Assembly (NCBI GenBank): GCA_011109175.1
Contig: RDEW01000027.1
Span: forward strand, 796,511 to 860,510
Direction: 5' to 3'
DNA length: 64,000 nt
DNA from: Dicyema japonicum
Taxonomy: Eukaryota > Animalia > Dicyemida
Shown here: one piece after another, positions 25,760 to 38,070 of the stretch
How positions within the stretch are numbered: the first letter of the stretch is position 1
Layout of the letters: every line of letters starts with the position of its first letter
Notes under the pieces: model-generated
What the model was told of the DNA's origin: nothing
Databases searched by the model: none
What the model saw: only the letters and a program-made list of their open reading frames with translations
Translations under genes and position numbers: made by a program

Positions 25760-26270
25760 GGTGTTATCCCGTTTCTCATAGATCTTTGGAGTGATTTTTT
25801 GACATGCACATGTCACTCTCACCCATGTTGAAAATTTCATATCAAAATTTGAATAGAAGACTTGTTTGTTGAAATGTATCTCTGCCTCATGGAAGATCGG
25901 AAATCATCTTATTGAATTTTAAATACAACCAATACATCGAACCATCATTTCTTATCATTTAGCGTAGGGCACATTCATTTCCTGGACAAATGTTTTGAAG
26001 ATCTAAGCTACCCAAAAAAAGCCTCTAACATTACGGAACGGTGGAATTCTGGAGAGTCCCAGTCTCCAATGCCTCTGGAATCCCTAATACGTAAGAACTG
26101 AGTAACGTGTCGTTGTGACTACAAAGATTCAGTTATTCGGCCAATACGCGCTTGCGTGGGGTCGAGCGAGGAGCATCGGGCCAAGTTTCAGTTCTCTGCT
26201 AGAGCGTACTGGGATCACGTGATTAGTTAATTTGGTGTTGGCATTGTTATCATTCTAAAGGTCATAAAAT
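25760..26270 (+). mobile_element. Degenerate LINE 3' fragment
   Basis: YNQYIEPSF...RACVGSSEEHRAK...GGGATCACGTGA end. Confidence 0.65.
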
Positions 26271-26550
26271 TAAAACTAGAATACCGGACTGTTAAAATCT
26301 ACCAATGTTTACCATCTACATTGGGATGCGATGATTGCATCATTTCCTCAGAAAGTATCTTAAACAATCGCTTGACTCTGACTTTCCAACCTTCCCACTA
26401 CTCCGCTTACCATAGGGACATCCGTATAATTTATACTGACCTCAATTTGACCATAATGCCATTTTTTGTTTTTTTCAGCATAGTTATCTATTAAAAAAAC
26501 AATGCACTTTCCGAAGAGCCATATCAGCTATCGGTCCCATATCAGCTACA

Positions 26551-26716
26551 GAACAAACACTTTATTTTAAGCAAAGAACAGTTATCATAGCTAATCGATG
26601 AGGGAGAATCAAGGAGAGCTCTTCACTTCTTTGTTTTCTTTTCTTGGGTGTATGTCGTATAGACGATCCGGTTCCGCAGTGAAATGTTCACTGATGACGG
26701 CGTCACTCGTCAAGCC
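26551..26716 (-). mobile_element. Old copy of the tRNA-SINE
   Basis: Reverse complement aligns to the SINE body (TTGACGAGTGACGCCGTCATCAGTG...CACTGCGGAAC). Confidence 0.7.
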
Positions 26717-27025
26717 AAAGCAGTCAAATGGTGAACTCCGTAATCTATTAATATTAGTTTAATTTAAAATAATGATTCAACAATCGTATTCTGCACAGAT
26801 ACGAACGTAACTCCATGAAGTGACCACAACGTAGGCGTCCTAGGTGGACTGAACATTCCTCGGTAAAGAAGCTTTGCTTTCGTCAATAATTGTTGCAATA
26901 CGATACAAGGCATCTGACGGCTTTAGTGGATATCCAGAGCATTTATTTTTCAGGTCATCAAATCATGAGAATGACGGGGGATCTTCTATTCATTAAATTT
27001 TAGTAAAATAATAAATTTCCAATAA

Positions 27026-28702
27026 TTAAAGATTGGTAACAAAGTTGCTAACAACGTTTGAGATTGTATCTGCGTCATGTTCAGTTTTAGCTTCCGCATA
27101 AATTCTAACTACATCCTCTGTCCCGGAAGGTCTAACAAAGCACCGTCCTCCCTCAATGGATTCAACCAAACGATCAATCATGTTCTGGAGTTCCGGATGA
27201 GATGATAGCCGTCTCTCAGCATCGCAGGTCACAAATGCTAGTCTATCCTTTACTTTCACCTAATAATCAGATATGAAGGTCACTTTAGTCAATTTTGACG
27301 GAAATGCTTCATACTGGGCCAGCCAATCCTCCAATGTCCACTCAAAAAAGTTCAAAGCCATCTCCACAAGAAGCATTGCAGAAATAGCATCACCAATAGT
27401 AGGATTTACCATATCGAAGGATGCCAACAGGACACGTGCTGTCAATATTGCAGAATCATTCTTAAATTTTTAAAATTACCCTTACTGAAGAAATCTTAGC
27501 AATGGACTCAACCTTGCGATATAAGCATTCTGAAAAATGGACAGAACCGTGTCCGTTAGCTTCGAAATATATTCCTAAGTCTAATTCCTCAGCCTTTTTG
27601 ACGAGATGTTTGACTCCCGTGGGGACAAAAAAGATGGGTACGCCCAGAACCTCTTTAATATATTTAGATGATGCTCCGTTTGAGTAGGCTGTCTGTACAG
27701 CTCCAATTGAGACATCCGGGATGGTGGATTGAACCAAATACCTGCGGATCATAAATTCGGATACTTAAAGTATTTCATTAGAAGACACAGAATTCTGTCT
27801 CCGTCCATCAGAAGATCTCTTCCATCAGGATTTGGCTGAAAGTATACGACTCTGTCCGCGTCTCCATCGAACGAGAGACACTTTTTATTTTTCAGGTCGT
27901 CAAATCCAAACGGCCTCTGCTCCTTGGTCTTCACAAAATCAGCTCCACAGTTGATGTTAAGACATGTCGGGTCCCCAATATTGTTATTCCTGAGTTCGAA
28001 CCTCAGATACTTCAAAGACCTCATCAGTCTGTGGTCAAACATGACAGAAGCTACTCCGTTTGCACAATCAATAAAAGTGGGAGATTCCATTAATTTTGAC
28101 TTTATCAGATCACGTGCTGTCCGATATCCACCAAGTATACGATTTAGGTAGAATTCACTAGAGTTTTCAGCCAACCAGCCAACTTCGTTGTGAAAACGCA
28201 CGGAAAAATGCAAACACGGTGTTGTGGTTAATCCAATGTTTATGGGAGTGACAAAGTCAGATAAAATATCGATCCCTTCCCTCAGACAAGATAATAACTC
28301 GAGGGAGGAATTTCTGCTGTCGTATCCCAGGATGATATTGGGTTTTATCCTATTTTGGTTGTTCCTTATGATTTCTGAGGCAATCAAACAAATTTCTTCG
28401 CTATCTGAATTTACAAATTGGCTACAGAATTCTTCGGCCTCCTGGGCCATCATTCCGCCATTGGAATCCACTATTTTTATTCCGTTATCTCCGGGAGGGT
28501 TATGGGAAGCGGTGATCATTAGACCAATGTAACTCTCTAATTTAATAGCACGGAGTGAAGCGAAAATTCCGACTTTGAAGAAAAGTTCTCTGAGAGAATT
28601 GGCTGAACCCCTGAACCCAGCGGTTCCATAATTCCAAACTGTTTCGGTTTTGTGTTTTTCGAACTTTTTGTAAATCTCAATGTAACTGTCTTCAAACCCC
28701 AT
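27026..28702 (-). CDS. PGM3: Phosphoacetylglucosamine mutase, 3 introns (27742-27764, 27461-27485, 27260-27283)
   Basis: YGTAGFR, MITASHNP (catalytic Ser), SFDGDADR, VQTAYSNG, YFEANGHG, GDAIS, RPSGTEDVVRIYAEA. Introns of 23, 25 and 24 nt join the four ORFs in frame. Confidence 0.97.
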
Positions 28703-28789
28703 TTATATCGATGACGGAATTCAAAATTAAAAAATAATTTTAAATCAAATGTTAATTTAATTATTTTATGAACTTTTAGCTTAAATCAT

Positions 28790-30430
28790 TTTTCCCGCTG
28801 CCATTCAGAAAGCTGACCATATTTTTATTCCTATATCGTCATACAAGAAGTTTATTCCTACCCTCAGCTCTTATACAATAAGTCTTATAAAACAAAGAGA
28901 CCGGCTGAAGAGATGCCATCTGTTGGACATGAAGTCTTTGACAGCCCTCAGACAAATGAATAAAAGGATCTGTCAGAGCATAAAAGAACACAAGGACAAG
29001 AGATGGCAGCATCTAGTTAACCACCTCGACAGGAAAAGTACATCCCGACATTTCTGGAAAACTCTTAAACAAGTCAAGTCGGAGCTGGATGATGCAGACG
29101 GAACCGGAAAGTCTTCTCCTGAACACTTATACCACCTACATCCTAACACCCTTATGAAACATTACGCTGGAATTAGCTTCAAACCATTCTCGAAACACGT
29201 GGACATTAAGGTGCGTGCCCATAAACCGAAGAAGGAACCTTACCACGAACTATTCACAGATGACCAAGTCTTGGATGTGATCACCAGATTAAAGAGCTCA
29301 CGGGCGTGCGGGCCTGACAAAGTATCTTCTATTCACCTAAAACACCTAAGCCACTTCGCAATCTCACAAACGCACAATCTTGGTTTCTATTGACATCAAC
29401 AAAGCCTTTGACACTGTTTCGAGGAAAATCATGGTTGGAAAAATATTTTCTACTAATATTCGTCAGAATGTGAAATTATGGCTGGCCAACTTTTTGTCTG
29501 GAAGACGTGGAAGAGTTGTCAGTGGTGATCTTAGATCTAGATCACGATTACTACCGAACGGGGTACCCCAGGGGTCTCCACTTTCACCAATTCTATTCAA
29601 CCTATTCCTACACGACCTACCTAATGATGGAGACGAAGATTCCCTGCTATTATCCTACGCAGACGATGTAGTCATTGCAATACGGAACCGCTCGACGCAA
29701 GTCGTATCCCTTAAAACTCAGACAAAATTGAACACTTTCCACGATTGGATTGTTGGCAATCGACTAACGATTTCTGCAACCAAGTCTATATGTTCCACAT
29801 TCACGTCGGACCGTCGTTCCAAAGGATGAACCGAGTCTTTTTATTGGTCCCACTCGGATTCCAGTGACAAGGTCCCCTTCTGTCCTTGGAGTCAAGTACG
29901 ACAGTCTTCTCAATTTCAACTCCCACGCAACAGACATGATTACCAGGGCCTCCAAAAGTTAACGTTTTACGCGCCCTTGTCCGGAGGACCACGAAACATG
30001 GACTTTTCCGTTTCTACCTCTACCAACAAACAATCGCGCCTGCCATTGAGTATGCCTCCGTTGCATGGAGATTTGCGCTATCAGAGACTATGGTCCACAG
30101 AGTCAACTCAATACACCAGAAAATGCTTTGCCCACGTAATGGATCAACAGTCATGGAAGCTAGATCCGTAGTCGTGGTTCCGGATTTCTTCGCGTCTGTG
30201 AGGAAGATGGAAACCCGCTTCGCCTGATCCTTTCCATGGCAAGAGAAAACCGATTGGATAAGAAATTCCCCTCCCCGATCGGATTCCTCTGCAAGACCGA
30301 GAGGACAATGGAAGATCACAGACGTCGAATGGCACAATTGATTGCGAGGACTGGGATCACCTAACTGTTTGACTCTTTTGTCTTTCTTTCTCGGTGTTCC
30401 CGGGGTTATTAAATTAAATAAATAAAAAAT
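28790..30430 (+). mobile_element. LINE ORF2 (RT to 3' end) with internal deletion
   Basis: SRACGPD, IDINKAFD, GVPQGSPLSPILFN, SYADD; GGGATCACC/GGTGTTCCC hairpin and A-rich tail. Confidence 0.9.
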
Positions 30431-30539
30431 AAATCATTTTTCCCGGTTCGATGAACTCCCGAAGCTTTTGAGGAGGAAAGTTGCATAGAAAAAACTGGTA
30501 GAACGGATAGCAAAGAGCAGAGCACAAGCTGAACACTAA

Positions 30540-30770
30540 GTATTCATATGCTTATGGGTAACAGGGGAGTTCTTAACTAACTAACTGGTTCTCTTGTGCC
30601 TGCGACGCTGGAATTCTTGAGTCGCCAAGGGAATCTGATTTCTACACGATCAAGACACCTTGTGAGATTTGCTGGTTATTTGATCGAGTCTCGCTCGCCA
30701 TCCTGAGGGGGAATAGCCACGCAGTCAGGGAAGCCGCTATATGATCATTTGCTCACTTTCTTTTACTTAA
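30540..30770 (+). mobile_element. CRE 3' fragment
   Basis: WLFDRVSLAILRGNSHAV, the CRE C-terminal QR.S.A..RGN motif. Confidence 0.7.
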
Positions 30771-31350
30771 ATAAAATTTTATTAACACATTTATTTTAAA
30801 CTAAATAACTGATTAATTATTAATAGGCGTTATAAGATCCACATAATTCGAGAGATCTACAGTGCCTGGTTCGCATACAAAAAAATTTACCTATCTTCTC
30901 TACTCCAGTGAAAAATTCCCATGATGAGGAATATTGATTTACGTGATGTTTGATAAGGATGCGTCACACTCGACTGTGAACACTGTATAAAATTATAATA
31001 ACAAATTTAGAATCATAATTGACTTTCAAAAAACTCTTCAAAATTTCCCCATCGTCAAAAAATTAAACGTGGACCAAAAGAATACACGATTTTGTCTTAT
31101 TGATGAGGACAAGATACAGACCTCCTGAGATAAGCGCCTTAAATTTAATTCTCTCAAAAACAATCAGAATAGAACTCACACACCTACGGTGTGGGCATCA
31201 CTCATCCATGAGTAGAATAGATATTTATTATATTTTGCTTTCTTTGGACCGGGATCAATCTTTTGGTTCTTCGTCATTGGTAGTTACGTTCTTGCTAGCC
31301 ACCAGTTTCCTTCACGTAGGACTGAAGGTAATAATAATAATATCAATTTT

Positions 31351-33333
31351 TTCACGAGAGCCATAATATTTATAGCTCCGCATAGGCAGGACACACACTT
31401 TATTTAAGTAAAGAAGAGTTAATTTTAACTAATCGTAGAACCAAGGAATGATCTTCACTTCTTTTTTCTTTTTCTTGTGTGTGTGTAGCCGAGTGGCATA
31501 ATGGTTAAGTGTCGGGCTTACTGCTGTTCACCTGGTGGAAGGTTCCACGCATCGACGATGCTAAAAAAGTTTGACGAGTGACGCCGTCATCAGTGGATAC
31601 TCACTTATTTATTTATTTAACTCCAAGACCACCAAGAAAGATAGGTCAAAGCTAACTAATTAGGTGATCCTAGCTTCCAGCAACATCCGGACTCTCTTCA
31701 ATTGGTCTTCTGATAATCCAACCGCCTCCGGAAGCGTCTTCTCTTGCTTCTGCAAAAGAATTCGATCGGCGTGCACTTTTTTATTCCCGACCGAAATTCC
31801 TCTGCATGGGTCACCTTTTCCTTGAATGGGTTTCCCAGTTCCTTGCAAAAACGAAGGAAACCCTGGCCATTCTTAAACGTCGCCTCATCAGAAATGAGGC
31901 CGCCAATAGGGATGTCTGTGTGGTGCATAATTCTCCACCTGAGGGAGTTCAAACGGTCCACTCTCGAAAGGGGAATCGCAAACCTCCAGACGGAGCAGGC
32001 ATATTCAATGGTCGGTATGATTACTTGTTGATAGACCTTGCTGATGCAGTCGGCCGGGGGGGGGGGGGAAGAGGGCTCTTCTTTATCATCGCATTCAGAA
32101 TGTTCCATTTCTGAAGACCTTTGGCGAGCACCTCCTCCACGTACAACCTTCAATTCTAGGTCTTTTCTGGTCATTGATTAGACCCTTGGCGAACGTCAAC
32201 AGAGAGTCGAAAACAACACCAAGGATCTTCTGGGTCCGCGTAGAAGGGATGAGTATTTCCGATGGATATCTCAGCCCGCCTTTAAACCTTCTGTCCGTAG
32301 TGAATAATGTGAACTGAAACTTGGATGCTGATACGCATAACGTATTTGCTGATAGCAAGTCACAAATTCGGTTTAGGTGTGTCTGAACAATTGCTACAGC
32401 CATGGAAGGAGATTTATTTCTTGCAGCGATAATTAAGTCGTCCGCATAGGACAAAAACATAGTGTCCTGGTCATTGGTAGTAGGTAGGTCATGTAGAAAT
32501 ACGTTGAAAAGGAGAGGAGATAAAGGGGAGCCTTGCGAGACTCCATTGGGGTAGTCTTGATTTTGAAGTGGTTTTGTCAATACGGACCCTTCCGCGTCGT
32601 CCAGTTAAGAAGTTTTCCAGACATAGCTTGATGTTTGGGTGTAAGTTCGAGTTAAAAATCTCTTGCGTTAGGAGTTTCCTCGGAACAGAGTCAAAGGCCT
32701 TCTGTATGTCGATGGATACTAAGGCCGTCCGTAAGTGTGTTTTCATGTTGAAGCCGTCAGTAATAAACTGGGAGATAGAACCCAAATGAGTCGTTGTAGA
32801 ACAGTCTGCCCTGAAACCATGTTGAAACTCTGGTAGATGTAGAACAGGAGAGATGCGTATTAACACAAGCTTTTCCAGTACTTTTGATAAAACACAAGTT
32901 ATTGAGATGGGGCGGTAAGAAGAGGGAACGTCTTTTAGTTTTCTGGGCTTTAGGATTGGCGTAATCAGGAAGTTTTTCCATATATTAGGTAGCGAATGGT
33001 AGTTGATAGAGTCGTTGTACAGTCTTGATAGTATGGCCCGTGCCTGAGGTCCAAGGTGTTTGAAGTGAATAGTGCAAATACCGTCGGGACCACAAGCACG
33101 AGTGGGATGTAGCAATTTAATAGCCTTTTCAACATCATCGAGGGTGAAGAAGGTGGAATATAGTTCTTGTTGTGGCCGGCGCCGTTCAACAAGTGTAGAA
33201 CGAGAAAAATCTTTATGGCTGATCGATACGTAGTACTTCATAATCTTGTTTGCGAGTTTGCGTGCGAGTTCCGAAGCGTTGCGGGTAACGGCCTCTGGAT
33301 ACTCACTGCGGAACTGGATTGTCTAGAAAGGAC
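31351..33333 (-). mobile_element. 5'-inverted tRNA-SINE copy containing a nested LINE
   Basis: 3' half on minus at 31351-31485; 5' half on plus at 31486-31605, resuming at 33308-33333 after the LINE. Confidence 0.85.
31606..33295 (-). mobile_element. Young 5'-truncated LINE with 12-bp TSD
   Basis: TSD TGGATACTCACT at 31594-31605 and 33296-33307; RT motifs SYRPIS, QHGFR, DIQKAFD, QGSPLSP, YADD; (TAAA)n tail. Confidence 0.93.
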
Positions 33334-33575
33334 TTGGGGTAAATAAATAAATAATAAATAGTTTAATTTTTATAATTGAAAAATAATAAATAATAAATTA
33401 ATTAGTTTATCTCGTTATTCTTTTTTGTTGTTGTTGCACTTACATAGTGCCTCCATTTTGTGATGGTGGTTTCCCAATAGTGCTATAATAATGTGTTTCT
33501 GTAACGTATACACGACATTAATAAACTATTTTCAATATTTCTAGCTAATAGAATTACAGTTCAACCTCCAGTAAC

Positions 33576-33906
33576 TGGTACTCGCCCAGTCTTGATGAAC
33601 GTGTACAAACAGTACATCGAGTCATGCTTCTCATTTGCATGCGCCTCGTAGGCACCGTCCATATCTTGGACATATATGAGCGTTGTATTGTGAAGATCAC
33701 CGAACCGGACATAAGCCTCTAAAGCCCTTATGAGACTAGACTCCAGATCACGGGAAGGTGGCCCTGAAAATTCAGGCAGCCGTCCTGTACGCTCATGCGC
33801 GGGAAAGAAAGAAGAACACCGGGCAAGGATGATGTCTCTGTTAGAATATCGGTATCACGTGATAATTAGTTTGGTTTTACCGTCGTCTTGGGTTAAATAT
33901 AAAAAA
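33576..33906 (+). mobile_element. Short LINE 3' element (sister of 47972-48347)
   Basis: Aligns to 47972-48347 from the same 5' start. Confidence 0.8.
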
Positions 33907-34299
33907 GAATCCCCAATTAAACTTTTAAAAGGCATTGTCCTAATTTAGTGATCTTTATTTCACTTCTATTTTTTAAATGCATAAGGAGGTGAACTACAAC
34001 CTCACCGCTATTATTGCGCATCTAAAAACAGACAAAGGATCACTTTTAGTTCCACTAAATCTTACGACCTGTCGATTAGACACAAAATACCTGTCGTAGG
34101 CATCCGGTACTCAAACCATTTTAACTTTCAGAAGTATATTTATTCACTGGCTCAGAGTAAGTTAAGTTACTAACTTATTAATTATCAAGTAAGAGGCGTC
34201 AAGTACTGTTTTCTCCCATGGACCGGGCGGGACATCGTCCATTCCGACTTCCTTGAGGGTGAAGACCTTTGTGATATGAGAATTTTAGCGATTTTTATG

Positions 34300-36172
34300 T
34301 GTTTGAGTAAAACTAAGATCCAATAACACATAGATAAATTATCGGCAAAACAAACTCATTACTACTTAAACAGGGTAAACCGGGAGGAGAAGCCAAATCA
34401 AGAGCCTCAACAACGCAGTTGCACAGAGGTTGAAATCATTTCAAAGGAATGAATGGGAAAGCAGAATCAGAGGTCTTTGCAATCATAAATCTACCCATTA
34501 CATGTGGAAGACCATTAAAAAGCTCGGACTACATACAAAACCCAATAACACAGGCCAACCAAATGTCCAAGAACTAAACAACCTAATGAAGTTTTATGTC
34601 GGAATCAGCCACAAGAAATTCCTGAAAACCAGTCATTCATTTACGTTTACCAAGCCAAAAAGGTCTTCTTCATTATATTGCTTATCACACTCCGATATTT
34701 AAAATAAAATCAAAAATACAAAATCTTCCCTCTCCTGCAGTCCTGATCTGATTCCGACTATTCTGCTCAAACATCTCGGCCCAATTGGAATAGAAGCGCT
34801 CCGGAAAATCTTTAACTTTTCAATAAACCATAACCAAATTCCAGACATTTGGAAAGTCCAACATACGCCAAATTCTCAAGCCGGGGAGGCTGAAGAACAA
34901 CCTCTCTTCGTACAGACACATTGCACTATTATGCTCATCCACGAAGCCTCTGGAAAAACTCGTTTTATACATCATTTACCTCGCCCTTCCCCTTACACAA
35001 ATCCAACATGGTTACAGGAGAGACCGATCTACATCAACACACCTCACCTCGTTGAACCAGTTCATTATTGAAGGTTTGTCTACAAAACCAGATCTAAAAT
35101 CGGTTTTATGCTGTCTCGAACTACAAAAGGCCTTCGATTCTGTAACCAGAAAACTCCTCACTCAAGAACTATTTAGACTATCATTAACTCGGACATAAAA
35201 TAATAGCTTTCAAATTTCCTCAGCGGAAGAAGAGGGCGTGTATGCTTGGATGGGATTCGAGCAGTCTCAAGATTACTTCCAAATGGTGTTCCCCAAGGCT
35301 CCCCTCTGTCTCCTGCTCTATTCAACTTATAACTTTCCGACATTCCCAACCCAGTTATAGAAGACTCGAAAATTCTCACCTATGCTGATGACCTACTAAT
35401 TATTTCACGTAATAAAGACCTCACGAATGCTTAAAAAAAGTACAAGAAGTCTTGCTTCAAATTCAAACTGGGCTACATCAAAACCGGATGAACATATCTC
35501 CTGAAAAATCCTCCACCACTCTATTTACCTCGTATAAAAAGCTCGGAAGATGTGCCGTTGATCTATTCCTGGACAACGAAAAAATCCCTTTTACAAAGAA
35601 CCATAAAATTCTGAGGGTCACTTTTAATACGCACATGTTTTTTTTCTGTTTATATTGAGAAGACTATTAGAACTTGTGAGAGGAAATTTGGTTTAGTCAA
35701 AGCCATATTTGGTGGAATAAAAATTTATTCCCTGCTCTTGGTGTTCTCTATAAGCAATTCATCGAGCCAACAATCAGTTACGCCTGTGCAGCATGGGGAA
35801 TTAATCTCTCGTGACCAACCGTCTTAAAGTTGATAACACCATATGTCGAGGGGCAACTACCATAATGCACATCGCAAAGCTGAACAACATTCCACACAGT
35901 CCCTTTGACCACCTTATTGAGCAAAACGGCAAGAGCTTCTTGAGGTTAAATCCTCCAGCAGGACCTGTCGTCGACAGTCCATCTTGTATCAAGTTTCCAG
36001 AAGCACATCACCCCAGTTAGCTTTCTCATAAACACTGTCCCCCGCCCATACCGTGAATGTGTCGGGTCAAAAGTCCAGCATCGGGAGAAGCTGAGAAAGC
36101 CCTTCAGGATTGTCTGGATCACCTAATTAATTTCAACGAGATTAACTATTGGTGTTTTTAGGTTAAAAAAAA
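34300..36172 (+). mobile_element. LINE ORF2 (RT to 3' end), degenerate
   Basis: SSYRHI, QHGYR, LQKAFDSV, GVPQGSPLSPALFN, TYADD; hairpin tail. Confidence 0.88.
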
Positions 36173-36659
36173 CCATCGAATTTTTATTAGCCTGATGGGT
36201 TTTCTATAATGAAACACCATATGTCTCTATTTCAATTTATTAACCCTTTGTATAAACAAGAGTTGTTTTTTTAATCGGTGTAATAATTTTCCAGTGGATC
36301 TTGTGTACCTCTCATAATTTGGTGGTGTTTTTGCTAAATCGAGTCCATCTTCTAGATCTATTGGGAAGTTCCACGAGAATACTTCCCACTTTCAAACCAT
36401 CTTTGGAAGCCATAAATCATGAGTGGTTCTATGCTTGCATTAAAAACACAGAGAAAAATTTTCCTGACTCACATGAAATCGTAAAGGCGATTTCATATTT
36501 TATCCATATGTTCTTGGTGTGATCTTTAAAAGAACTCTTTGAATTCACATACTCGGAGATATTGTAAGTATTCCATAGATTTGATTGCTCCCGTATTCGC
36601 ACAAATATTAGACATTTTCCTGTTCCTAACAATCCAAGAAACAGTACGTTTTTCGTGAG

Positions 36660-37700
36660 ATAAACCATTATCTGACCAATTAACCTCTCCCATACTCTTT
36701 TGTTTCGGAGGTTATCAAAGTATTGCTGTAAAAGCTCCGCGTTAATTTTTGATAGGTCGGCATTGAGATCAACAAATGGGTTTTTCTAGGCTTTCATCGA
36801 AATTTTGGTAATTCTTGTGTAAAATAAGCACACATCTCATAATTGGTAGAGGCCGCAGGATCTGGGAACATGTCTAGAAAGTTTCCAACGATCTTCAACG
36901 ACTGTCTCTGACAATCTTCTGATGTTTTAGAAAGAATACAACCTTCAATTCTAGGTCTTTTCTGGTCATTGATTATCGATGACCACTCGTAATTGTTTTC
37001 GATTGAAAGAGTAGGTTGCCAAGTTCACTGGCAGATAGTACACGTGTAGGGCATTGTATGCTAAGAAATGGATTATAACTGCATTATAGAATTTAAGGCG
37101 TGTTGTGATTTCAATAAGTTTTTTACTAGACCAGATGCGTTTGTTGAGGACGATTATGAATAATCTTTTCCTGTTGCCTTAACTCTTCGTCACCACCAAA
37201 CAGTGATTTCCATTGTATTGTAGTTTCTGTTTTTTCATCCAAAAATCTGTTATGCTCTTGATTACAGAGGAGTCTTCAAAAATGAAGTCTATCTCATCGG
37301 CATATATAATGCCCATGGCAACAGTTTTTTTGTTTTTCTTTGAAATCTCTCAGGGCAGCCTCAGGAGAACGTACAACTACCTCTCCGTCTGTTAAGGAAT
37401 TTTTCAATCCAAATTTTTCAATTTTTTGGAATTTCTGAAACAAAGATCATACTTGTAAGTAATTTTATTGGGACTGAGTGAAAAGCCCTTTATGTCAATG
37501 GAGCATAATTGTTGAGTTCAATCCACGTTGGAGAGATACATCGGGAAGGTAAGGTTTAATCTGATCAAGAATGAGTTTTTCTGGAATTTTGAGGAGGCAT
37601 ATAGGAGAGATATCGGTATGGACGAGGCCAGTAAGTCCATTGGCCTAACATTCTGGTCGTAACCGATGTTACTGATTATTATTATTAAAGCACTCCGAGA
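36660..37700 (-). mobile_element. Heavily decayed RTE element
   Basis: AALRDF, IIYADEIDF, RLKFYNA, SFNRKQLRVVI..Q*PEK, DLNADLS...WERLI; many stops. Confidence 0.7.
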
Positions 37701-37708
37701 AAACACAA

Positions 37709-37880
37709 ATTAGTTAAGTTTCCCTTGTGCCGTATTCCTAATTATCCTCTCCGTCAACCTCGACCATGATCCTCTGTTGCGCGCTAGTTCTCTTAGGTAG
37801 TCCAGATCGTCCGCCGAAATTAGTCTCATACCAACCGCCGATAGGTCTTCGTTCAAGATAGTCGGAAGTGTGTTCTTAGT
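37709..37880 (-). mobile_element. RTE extreme 3' fragment
   Basis: TLPTILNEDL...DDLDYLRELARNRGSWSRLTERI, TAAC tail. Confidence 0.75.
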
Positions 37881-38070
37881 CTTCGCGAAATCTCTCTCCT
37901 GTGTGCGCGAAGTAGTTGACCATTGCGAAATTTGAGGGGACCTGTTTCTGATAAGTTGAGTAAATAATTCTATAAACATTATTCTTATTTTAAAATTAAA
38001 TTCAATAAATTATTTTATTATTTTTTTATATAAAATTCTAATTTGCTTTTAATTTTTGTTGAATAATTAG

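Noticed and set aside
36240-37700. Host gene with tiny introns
   Set aside because: The motifs (YADEIDF, RKQLRVVI, AALRD) are decayed RTE ORF2.
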